Below are positions 55,971 to 64,000 of a stretch of 64,000 nt of DNA, piece by piece; the first letter of the stretch is position 1; each line of letters starts with the position of its first letter. The translations under genes were made by a program, and so were the position numbers. Source of the DNA: a virus (taxonomy: Duplodnaviria > Caudoviricetes); the IMG/VR virus record IMGVR_UViG_3300025597_000009, positions 36,587-100,586 of that record. The stretch is one strand, 5' to 3'. The notes below the pieces were generated by a model, which did no database searches, was not told where the DNA came from, and saw nothing but the letters and a program-made list of their open reading frames with translations.

Positions 55971-56894
55971 ATGGTAACGATTACAGGAAATAAAAAGCCT
56001 ATAGTAGGCAGCAAATCAAACTATACGTATACTGGTCAGGAAACTAATCTGAAGTGGTCTGTTATTGGAGGTACTATCACCAGTAAGGGCAACAAGTTTA
56101 TTGAGATCAGATGGGATAGAATTGGCCCTTCAAGAGTGGATGTGGTAGCAGGTTCTGCTAAGGTTTGCTTAGCTGTTCAGGTCAGTTATGACATTATAGC
56201 AGTCAACCCTAGCTGTGATTGCACACTGACTCTAGGGACTTTAATCAAAGTCAGTGATACGACCTATCAGATCCCTGTGACTAGCCATCCTAATCAACAA
56301 CAAGTAAAGTGGGCAGTAGCTAGTAGTACCACACAAACTACTGGAATTGCTCAAGTAATTGGTGGACGTATATCTATACCCGTTAGTGGATTAGCAGTAG
56401 GCAATTACACGCTCACTGTTCAGGCTATTAGTTGTAGTTGTCAAGCAGTAGCTAGTGATCGGTTAGTTATAACAGGAGGTACTACAACACCAACTACCTG
56501 TAACAGTATTGTTGAACTAGCTGTGAATGGCACAGAAATTATTTTCTGGTCTTGTGCAGAAACAGCTACTATTAGTTTTCCAATTGAGGAGGAAGAAGGA
56601 GGTGGTACAGCTAGTCAATTTAAAGCGAATAGCCTTACAGGTAATTCCCAGTACATTAACCCAGCTTTAGGGCTGGTAGGAGATAAGGTAAAAGTAAGTT
56701 CTACAATTCCAGCTCCTAACAGCTTTTTCTGGATCAATGGGCATGGCCCCTATAGCACTATTCCTGATGATGTGTTACTGGCTAAAGGGGAAGAAGTAGT
56801 AATTTATAAGGCTACTACTGATGACCCTAATCCTTATACCGGAATATTTACAAATAGAGGATTTACTCAAGTAATTATCGAAAATGTTACATAG
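55971..56894 (+). CDS. Ig/PKD-like beta-rich virion protein
   Basis: WSVIGGTI...I.W..G; GL..G.YTL.V. Confidence 0.65.
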   Translation: MVTITGNKKPIVGSKSNYTYTGQETNLKWSVIGGTITSKGNKFIEIRWDRIGPSRVDVVAGSAKVCLAVQVSYDIIAVNPSCDCTLTLGTLIKVSDTTYQIPVTSHPNQQQVKWAVASSTTQTTGIAQVIGGRISIPVSGLAVGNYTLTVQAISCSCQAVASDRLVITGGTTTPTTCNSIVELAVNGTEIIFWSCAETATISFPIEEEEGGGTASQFKANSLTGNSQYINPALGLVGDKVKVSSTIPAPNSFFWINGHGPYSTIPDDVLLAKGEEVVIYKATTDDPNPYTGIFTNRGFTQVIIENVT

Positions 56895-58353
56895 TAGACC
56901 TACCTGGTTATCTGATGACTTATGGATGGAGGTGGGTAGTATTCAAGCTCCCCAATTCACACTACCTGATGATAAGATTCATGTAGCCATTAAAAAAAGA
57001 TATAATATAACAGCTGACTCTATTGTTGGAAGAGCTGGCGTACAAGCTATTAAAGATCAGGATGCCAGCGATGCTCATAAGTTTCTCTGGAGTAGATCTT
57101 CCATGTTCTCAGCTACAGGAATTCCTCCCAGTTATGTCTATAGTCATTTAGCAGCTGGCCTAACGAAACAAGCAGTAGAAAGTATTGCTGCTCAGAAGCC
57201 CCTAGTTTTTCTGGAAGGGAATGATTTTCAGGAGGGCTCTTATGCAATGCCTGAAGAGTCTGAACAATTTCTCTGGTGGATGGCCAAGCGAAAAGCCATG
57301 TATCAAGAAGCTGGTAAAGTCAGAAGAGATCAGGGAGGTCATGGTAGCAATATCTCTTACCAAGGGGGAATTGGTGGTCAGTGGAGATACCCTGGTGGTT
57401 CTGATATTGAACCTACCCATGATTTTTACAAAAACATGTACAAGTCTGTACAAGCAGCCAGAGCTACCTGTACCTACTTTAATGTGCTGGAAAATCTATG
57501 TGGCACTAATATCAAGTTCTATGCTGATTTACCTGATTATGGAAAACGCTATTACCTGGAGAAACATGCTGCTGAGATTATGGGTAAGGGTATGGGAAAA
57601 GTGGGAGGTTTAGGTCCAGGCTTTATGACGTATACTCCTTGGGGGAAAATGGAAGGATTGGGAGATGCCAGAGAAATCCATGAAGGTATTGTAGTTAGAA
57701 GACGGGTTGAAAATCCAGCAGGTTGGGTAGAAACAATTGTACACCCTCCTGTAAGTTATTCATTTCAAGTGGGTTGTATTTTTAGTATTGGTTTTTGTAT
57801 GACCAATGGCTATGTCCCATTTGACAATGATGAACTCTATGGAGCTGATCCTACCAAGATGACCCCCTTGAATATCAATCCTACTCCAGAAAGAGACAGA
57901 TATGTGAACTGGATTCCTGATGTTCCTGGTACACCTGCTCCTGTAGTACAGCAAGGAGGTTTTTATGAAGAGCCTTGCAGATGGTTGGATGCTGGATATG
58001 AAGCAGCTTACTACTACAGTAAAATGAACAGAACAGCTGGAAAGCCTTGGCTGTATATGAGGTATCGGGAAGGAGATGATCCCTGGATTGAAACACAGCC
58101 AGATGGGTCTGACATTTTATACCATGCTGCTGCTAATAATGGGCCTAATGCTCCTTTCTTTTCAAGTACTAGACGAGGAAGAGGTGATTCCATGTATCGA
58201 TTTAATGAAACCAATCAGGCTCTGGACTTCTGGTACTTTGATCCATCCAGACCAGTTTGGGACAAGAAAGTGATCACGTTTAATTATAATAATTTCAATA
58301 TGACTGCTCCTACTAAAGGTAATACCTTATATGTCTGGTCAGTAACGCTATAA
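56884..58353 (+). CDS. Hypothetical virion-associated protein
   Basis: 489 aa ORF. Confidence 0.7.
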   Translation: MLHSRPTWLSDDLWMEVGSIQAPQFTLPDDKIHVAIKKRYNITADSIVGRAGVQAIKDQDASDAHKFLWSRSSMFSATGIPPSYVYSHLAAGLTKQAVESIAAQKPLVFLEGNDFQEGSYAMPEESEQFLWWMAKRKAMYQEAGKVRRDQGGHGSNISYQGGIGGQWRYPGGSDIEPTHDFYKNMYKSVQAARATCTYFNVLENLCGTNIKFYADLPDYGKRYYLEKHAAEIMGKGMGKVGGLGPGFMTYTPWGKMEGLGDAREIHEGIVVRRRVENPAGWVETIVHPPVSYSFQVGCIFSIGFCMTNGYVPFDNDELYGADPTKMTPLNINPTPERDRYVNWIPDVPGTPAPVVQQGGFYEEPCRWLDAGYEAAYYYSKMNRTAGKPWLYMRYREGDDPWIETQPDGSDILYHAAANNGPNAPFFSSTRRGRGDSMYRFNETNQALDFWYFDPSRPVWDKKVITFNYNNFNMTAPTKGNTLYVWSVTL

Positions 58354-58355
58354 AT

Positions 58356-60026
58356 ATGGGTACACAAACAGTTACTGCTCAAAAAACAGGGCAAACTAGA
58401 ATTAGAAATGGAATTATAGAAAATCAATTTAAATATGTAATGCCCACTGTACTAGCTGGTTCTTATTTAATCCAAGCTTGTATTAATGGGTCGACTGTCT
58501 GTGTAGATTTTCCTGTCAATCCCGTTGATCCTCCCAGTGTTACTACAACAATAGGTGGAGGTTTTGGAGAGGGTACTTTTACTGATTTAGTAGCTAAAGC
58601 TCCTTTTGTTCCTACTGATGATGAGAATCAGATTAGTCAATGGCCAGCCAATACTACCCAGTTAATTAGTAATGGATTGGTTAAAGTGGGTGTACTTAAC
58701 TCTATTGGTGGGGTGTGTAATCTGATAGCTGAGGATGCGTCTTCTGCTGCCAATCTGGTGAATACTTATAATCTGGGGGGTAATGATCCGAATGGCCCAG
58801 ACACTGGCCGGAGTTTTTTCTTCTCCATGTATGGAACACCTAATACAGGGTATGATGGAGTTACATCTTCTGATCCAGGTAAAGACACAGGTTTTAATCC
58901 TAATCCAGGGGGAGATTATTACTTAAACAGGCCAGCTGTTGTTCACTTCCAGAAGAAGAATGTTTCCAGTTATGGGGATGTGTTATACACAAGAACAAGA
59001 GGGTATATCTGGTTTCCTAGTGCAACACATAGTAGTGGAAAAGCTGTCAATACTACCTTTCATTTCTGGTTCTGGTTAGAAGGAAAAGCCATTAGGTATT
59101 TCATCATTGTAGAAAATAACCGGACAGATACCCAAATGAGATTTGAAGGTAGAGAACAGGAAGGTCCTGGTTGCTATTCCATTGCCAGCTTACACCAACA
59201 TAGAATCTATTTGGGGGATGCTCCTAAGACAAATGGAACTACTACTAATGTAGAAAATTTTGAGAGTGGTCAGTCAGATACAGGAGGCTATTTAAACGCT
59301 GAATGCTGGATGGGAACTACTGATGCTGATGGAAGTGGGTTGTTTTTGTTTACTCCTTATAATAGTCGGTTTAGAGGTAAACAAGTTGGAGCAACCAGTG
59401 GAAACGCAGATAGTAATGAGACTGGCTATATGAGTGGGGCTATCATGGCAGATATGGATAACACATCCACAACTAGTTATTCTGGCTATGTCTATGTAGG
59501 AAATGAATCAGGATTTAGAAGCTGGTTCAACTCATTAACCATTGAGCTTAGACCTTTTAAATTCAACTTTGCTGGAGGTAAACATCAAGGCTTCTATTCC
59601 ATTGATAGCCGGTGGAAAAGAGAAGATGGTAAAATGGTTTTCCATGTAGGAGATACTAAGATTGACCAAGGGAATGGCAGTACTGTCTATGGAGCTAAAC
59701 TACACAGTCCTTTTGGTTCCTGGAAAGCCAGTGATATCAATACAATCTATATCAATGCAGCTGTTAGTGGAACAACAGAACTAATGCTTACCTGGAAAAA
59801 ACCAGGTAAGGATGAAGAAAACCTAAGCTATGTCAAGCGATTTCCTGTAATCAATGATGGATTGGCTAGAACTTATACAATATCTATGCAAGGAGTTACT
59901 GGCTGGACAGGTACTGTTAATCAAGTAATTATTACCCATACTAAACACCAAAGTAATGGGGTGACTCCAGAAGCATCAGCTATTGTACTTCCTAACTGGA
60001 TCAACACTGTAAACCAACAACCTTAA
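58356..60026 (+). CDS. Beta-rich protein, possible carbohydrate-binding receptor-binding protein
   Basis: 556 aa; C-terminal DG..RTYTI.M....GW.G.V CBM-like pattern. Confidence 0.6.
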   Translation: MGTQTVTAQKTGQTRIRNGIIENQFKYVMPTVLAGSYLIQACINGSTVCVDFPVNPVDPPSVTTTIGGGFGEGTFTDLVAKAPFVPTDDENQISQWPANTTQLISNGLVKVGVLNSIGGVCNLIAEDASSAANLVNTYNLGGNDPNGPDTGRSFFFSMYGTPNTGYDGVTSSDPGKDTGFNPNPGGDYYLNRPAVVHFQKKNVSSYGDVLYTRTRGYIWFPSATHSSGKAVNTTFHFWFWLEGKAIRYFIIVENNRTDTQMRFEGREQEGPGCYSIASLHQHRIYLGDAPKTNGTTTNVENFESGQSDTGGYLNAECWMGTTDADGSGLFLFTPYNSRFRGKQVGATSGNADSNETGYMSGAIMADMDNTSTTSYSGYVYVGNESGFRSWFNSLTIELRPFKFNFAGGKHQGFYSIDSRWKREDGKMVFHVGDTKIDQGNGSTVYGAKLHSPFGSWKASDINTIYINAAVSGTTELMLTWKKPGKDEENLSYVKRFPVINDGLARTYTISMQGVTGWTGTVNQVIITHTKHQSNGVTPEASAIVLPNWINTVNQQP

Positions 60027-60028
60027 CT

Positions 60029-60706
60029 ATGAAACGAAGACTAAACCAGACTTGCTATGATGATCCTTATGAACCAGTAACCAACTGTGTACCCTGTTCC
60101 AAGCACTCAAAAACGGGGAACACACAACTGGATGCTAGTCAGGTTATCTATGGCCTAACCAATAAACAAGCCCCTAACCTCCCTAATTTGCAGGTAATTG
60201 GGGGAACTACTTCTGTTGAACGGTTCATGCAACAGGTTAATAACACGATCACCACTATTAACCAAGCTATTAGTAATCTTCAAGTGCATGCCAATGGAGC
60301 TGCTGAACAGGAGCAGAATACAAAAATCACGAACCTGCAAAGTCAGTTAGCTATCATTCAAAGTAGCCTAATCGCTATTCAGCAACAACTCTTACATGAT
60401 AATCAGATTCCTATTTCCAGTCAGGATGGTAATATGTTGGAAAAGAAGACAGATGGTTATTTTGTACAGGAACCCTTGAGTGTATTACAGGCTAATAACT
60501 TTAAACGAAGTGTCAACTTACAGGTCGATGGAAATGTGATTTTTGGAGATGTTAGATTGGATTCTACCAGTGCATTACAAAAAACCAGTGGAGGTGAATT
60601 AACACTTAATTTACAGGCGTTGATGAGTCAATTAAATAGTTCTAGCTCAGGTTCAGAAGACCCAGGTAATATAGCTCAAACACTATCTAATCAAGTTAAT
60701 TTTTAA
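60029..60706 (+). CDS. Coiled-coil fibre-like protein
   Basis: Heptads; ISSQDGN.L....DG.FV motif. Confidence 0.65.
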   Translation: MKRRLNQTCYDDPYEPVTNCVPCSKHSKTGNTQLDASQVIYGLTNKQAPNLPNLQVIGGTTSVERFMQQVNNTITTINQAISNLQVHANGAAEQEQNTKITNLQSQLAIIQSSLIAIQQQLLHDNQIPISSQDGNMLEKKTDGYFVQEPLSVLQANNFKRSVNLQVDGNVIFGDVRLDSTSALQKTSGGELTLNLQALMSQLNSSSSGSEDPGNIAQTLSNQVNF

Positions 60707-60708
60707 TT

Positions 60709-61323
60709 ATGGCTACTTATAATGGGTGTGTTAGAACAGTATATACTGGATGCATTATTTATAATGGTCCTGCCTTGCAATGTGTCACCCTGAATAGTTA
60801 TACGCCTTCTGTAACAGATGTGTTTATGGCTTTTCATGCAAAGATATGTACACAACAAGCCTCTTTCACGCTTCCAAATACCTGCTTTACAGATAGTACT
60901 GTAAAAAGTTATCCTCAGTTTATTCAACGATTAATTAATGTGCTGTGTCAATTAGTAGGAGGAGACCCCACTGCAACCATTGATACAGAAACACTATATA
61001 ATTACTTTATTAGTTTAAATCAACCTACTATTTTAACCTGTTATCGGCAATTAACTGGAATCAGTGCTAATGCAGATTTACTAACTTTATTGCGTAATTT
61101 GCAAGAACAAATTTGCAATTTAAGCACAATAAGAGATATTTTTGTAAGAGTGTCTGAAACAGATAAATATAGTGGTTATTTAGAAGATAAATTAGTTTGT
61201 GGTGATTGTATTTCATTAATAGAAGTACAAGGAAGTAATGGATTAGCGTTGCAAGCCTCTGTAGATTTTAATTGTTTATTAAACCTAATTGGGTGTGATT
61301 TAGTAACAGCTTGTACTACTTAA
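60709..61323 (+). CDS. Cys-rich fibre-like protein (paralog of next gene)
   Basis: Shares CI.Y/WNGP.L.C, CYR.LTGISANA, V.VS..D...GYL with 61379..62353. Confidence 0.7.
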   Translation: MATYNGCVRTVYTGCIIYNGPALQCVTLNSYTPSVTDVFMAFHAKICTQQASFTLPNTCFTDSTVKSYPQFIQRLINVLCQLVGGDPTATIDTETLYNYFISLNQPTILTCYRQLTGISANADLLTLLRNLQEQICNLSTIRDIFVRVSETDKYSGYLEDKLVCGDCISLIEVQGSNGLALQASVDFNCLLNLIGCDLVTACTT

Positions 61324-61378
61324 TATGTAGTACTAGTAAATAAGATATATTGTATTATTATAGTCTATAAAGTATATT

Positions 61379-62353
61379 ATGTGTAATGATCCTTGCAGCA
61401 CTCCTGTAGTAGTTCCTGGCTTTGAACGGTGTGATCCTATTGTCTATAGCAATTGTGTTATATGGAATGGACCATACTTGAATTGCTTAGAACTCCCATC
61501 GGGTAGTCCTCCTTCCTTAACCACTCTTATTCAGGCAATTGACAGATTATTGTGTTCCAATGGCACCATTGATTATACACAGTTTGATTATAAGTGTCTT
61601 GCCAGTTATAACATACGAACAGCTCAACAATTCATTGAAACTGTTAGTGCTATTATTTGTGACTTACTGGGTGAACAAAATCCTTCTGGGCCAGTCACCT
61701 CGATCACAACAATTTATAATTATTACCTTACCTTAAATAATCCTCAAATTTTATCTTGTTACCGGCTATTAACAGGTATTTCAGCCAATGCAAAATTACC
61801 TGAATTAGTAGTTAGTTTGCAGCAAGCTATTTGTAATATAGTTTCTAAAGATGAAAAGGTAAAAGTTAGTGCAAATGACACGCAAACTGGTTATTTAAAT
61901 CAAAAACTCACTACAGGAGCTTATCTAAAGAAAACTATCCTAAATCCTGGCGGAAATGAAGTATTAAAAATAGAAATTGATTTACAGGCATTAATTCAGG
62001 CTATTAGTACCAGTCAAGATTTTTGTGATATTATTGATACCTGTAATTGTGTCAATACAACTTGGACAGCAACAGGACAAACTCGCTGTGTAAATTGTGT
62101 TAGTCAGGTTCAACAGATTTCAAATTGCAACCAAACTAGATGGGTAAATAGTGGTTCAGCTTGTACTACTTCAGCTACCTGGGTCAACACATCTACTGCA
62201 ACCAGATGTAATGGCACTAATCTAGAGCAAGAACAACGAGATTCTAACCCATGTTCAGGTACGTATAATCAAACTAGATGGGTTGTGATTCAGACAAATA
62301 GCAATCAATGTGTATGCAATATTAATATTCAATTAGGTTCTCCAACTATTTAA
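61379..62353 (+). CDS. Cys-rich fibre-like protein with W..T..TRC repeats
   Basis: Two TRC...NQTRWV repeats. Confidence 0.7.
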   Translation: MCNDPCSTPVVVPGFERCDPIVYSNCVIWNGPYLNCLELPSGSPPSLTTLIQAIDRLLCSNGTIDYTQFDYKCLASYNIRTAQQFIETVSAIICDLLGEQNPSGPVTSITTIYNYYLTLNNPQILSCYRLLTGISANAKLPELVVSLQQAICNIVSKDEKVKVSANDTQTGYLNQKLTTGAYLKKTILNPGGNEVLKIEIDLQALIQAISTSQDFCDIIDTCNCVNTTWTATGQTRCVNCVSQVQQISNCNQTRWVNSGSACTTSATWVNTSTATRCNGTNLEQEQRDSNPCSGTYNQTRWVVIQTNSNQCVCNINIQLGSPTI

Positions 62354-62369
62354 TCTATACTAATAAAAA

Positions 62370-63533
62370 ATGGCAAGAATACCAATAAGTATTTCCCAAG
62401 GTACTGCTCCCTATTTAGTTAAAGTTACACAAACTGGTTTTACAACTGATTTATGTCAAGATGTAGATGGCCAGCCATGTAATGGGGTTAGTTCCAATGG
62501 CGCAAATAAACAAGTAAAATTTAGTGCACTTCAAAATAGCACCTTAACAAATTATACAGTTACTGTAACTGATGCTAATGGCTGTGCCAGAACAGGTACT
62601 TTTTCTCTGAAATGCGATCTTCCTTCTACGATGAATGTAGGCAAAAGCTGTGGTTCTGGAGCAGGTACTGGGACCATTTCTGTAGCTATCTCTTCTGGTA
62701 ATTATGAAACTGGCCGGTATGTAATTCAGTTAGAACAACTTTCAGTTAATAACTTGTATGTACTGGTTAGTGGTTCACAAACAGCTATTACTGGATCAGG
62801 GTTGACAAAGAATTATACTTCCTTGGCAAATGGTACGTATCAGGTAGCAATAAAAGATACTGTGCTCAATACAACAGTTAGTGTAAGTACTTCTCAGGTT
62901 ATCAATTGTATTACCCCCTCTGCTTTAACTGTTGGCGGAACTTGTCAGGATAATACCTTTTACTTTACTGTCACCGGGGCTACCCAAGGGCTTACTGTAG
63001 AATATAGAGCTATTGGGATCACTGATTGGACTACCTCAGCTGGCCCCCATACTATTGGGTTTGATATCAACAGCTCCCCCTATATCCTTCAGGCAAGATA
63101 TGTAAATAATCCTTCTTCAGAAGTAACAGCCAGTTATGATGCTATTGAGCACTGTATCTCCTTTACTCCTACCATTACCGTAGGTAATTGTACAGGTGGT
63201 GCAGGTACAGGGGTTATCAGTGCAGTAGTGGCCTCAGGCTCGTTTGCTAATATCTATGCTTTGAAGCTGCTTAAGCTAAATGGCTCTGGAGAATATGTAG
63301 CTGTAAATGGTCAGGCTGATAAGAATATCAATCCTGGTACTGGGCTAACTGGCTCTGCTGCCAACTGGACTGGTCTAGCTGATGGTAGCTATAAAGTAGT
63401 ACTATACAGACGGGCTATCCAGGGAAGTTCTATTCCTGGGGCAGATATTGAAGAATATGCAACAGTCACTGTAAACTGTGGATCTAGCTGTAACCTATCA
63501 ATTTCTGTAGATGTATCAGGAACAAGTTGTTAA
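62370..63533 (+). CDS. SprB-repeat-like Ig-fold virion protein
   Basis: GTAPY, YTVTVTDANGC, L..G.Y.V repeats. Confidence 0.7.
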   Translation: MARIPISISQGTAPYLVKVTQTGFTTDLCQDVDGQPCNGVSSNGANKQVKFSALQNSTLTNYTVTVTDANGCARTGTFSLKCDLPSTMNVGKSCGSGAGTGTISVAISSGNYETGRYVIQLEQLSVNNLYVLVSGSQTAITGSGLTKNYTSLANGTYQVAIKDTVLNTTVSVSTSQVINCITPSALTVGGTCQDNTFYFTVTGATQGLTVEYRAIGITDWTTSAGPHTIGFDINSSPYILQARYVNNPSSEVTASYDAIEHCISFTPTITVGNCTGGAGTGVISAVVASGSFANIYALKLLKLNGSGEYVAVNGQADKNINPGTGLTGSAANWTGLADGSYKVVLYRRAIQGSSIPGADIEEYATVTVNCGSSCNLSISVDVSGTSC

Positions 63534-63571
63534 TAATCAACACGATAATAAAGAATTTATAAGAAAAAAAG

Positions 63572-64000
63572 ATGGCAAGTGTTAATTTAAATATTTCTGG
63601 TGGTTCAGGACCTTATACTATTGTTATTCGGGAAAATAGTGAATCAAGTGGTAATCGTTATATCAGTGGTACTAGTCCAGCTACCTTTACAGCTATCCCA
63701 GATAATGCCAATCACACCTATAAGGTAAGTGTTGACAATGGTACTTGTACAGGGGGTACTACCACATTTGGGCCTTTAAAATGTCCTTGTGTGGAGCCTA
63801 TCTATACAGCTACGGCTGATTGTTCTAATGTATCAGCTCCTAAGCTAAATGTCACCAGTATTACCAACCCCAATGGTGGTAATTTAGTGGTATCTATTTA
63901 CAATGGAGCTAGTCTAGTTACCAGTGAGACAGTAGCATCAGGTAGTAATAAATCCTATAGTGTAACCAATGGAAATACGTACACAGTAAAAGTTAAAGAT
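63572..64000 (+). CDS. SprB/Ig-like protein, truncated by window edge
   Basis: Manual translation MASVNLNISGGSGPYTI... open to end. Confidence 0.7.
   Translation, partial: MASVNLNISGGSGPYTIVIRENSESSGNRYISGTSPATFTAIPDNANHTYKVSVDNGTCTGGTTTFGPLKCPCVEPIYTATADCSNVSAPKLNVTSITNPNGGNLVVSIYNGASLVTSETVASGSNKSYSVTNGNTYTVKVKD

Noticed and set aside
60709-62353. Diversity-generating retroelement TR/VR pair
   Set aside because: Similarity is between two coding paralogs with ordinary codon divergence, and there is no reverse transcriptase in the window.
1-64000. Alternative genetic code (TAG or TGA recoding as in some crAss-like phages)
   Set aside because: Long genes are intact under code 11, TAG and TGA both terminate genes, and no suppressor tRNA was found.

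Overview
A 64-kb segment of a large, AT-rich Bacteroidota-type phage with a Crassvirales-like gene layout, using the standard genetic code. The left arm (1-33.2 kb, minus strand) carries the 5' part of a family-A DNA polymerase and many small early genes. It also has a MoxR-type AAA ATPase split by a group I intron next to a VWA partner, an AcrIII-1-like protein, a WGR-PARP, a RING-ROT/TROVE-TerD protein, five intact tRNA genes and a dense set of non-coding RNAs. A plus-strand tyrosine integrase with an attP-like tRNA-Ser fragment sits inside this arm. The right arm (33.7-64 kb, plus strand) holds an intein-containing PD-(D/E)xK nuclease, a terminase with two inteins, portal, major capsid and Cys-rich virion genes. 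The most striking signal is a family of six covarying Y-RNA-like hairpins (bulged-C helix GGY-C-AA...RA-UU-RCY plus invariant UACUUCU). Five lie among the tRNAs, one of them enclosing a circularly permuted tRNA. The sixth lies 7 nt upstream of the Ro/TROVE-like gene, suggesting a phage-encoded Ro-like ribonucleoprotein system. A separate tandem pair of ~290/430-nt pseudoknotted RNAs lies at 23.3-24.0 kb. All family assignments come from motif recognition by eye; no searches were run.
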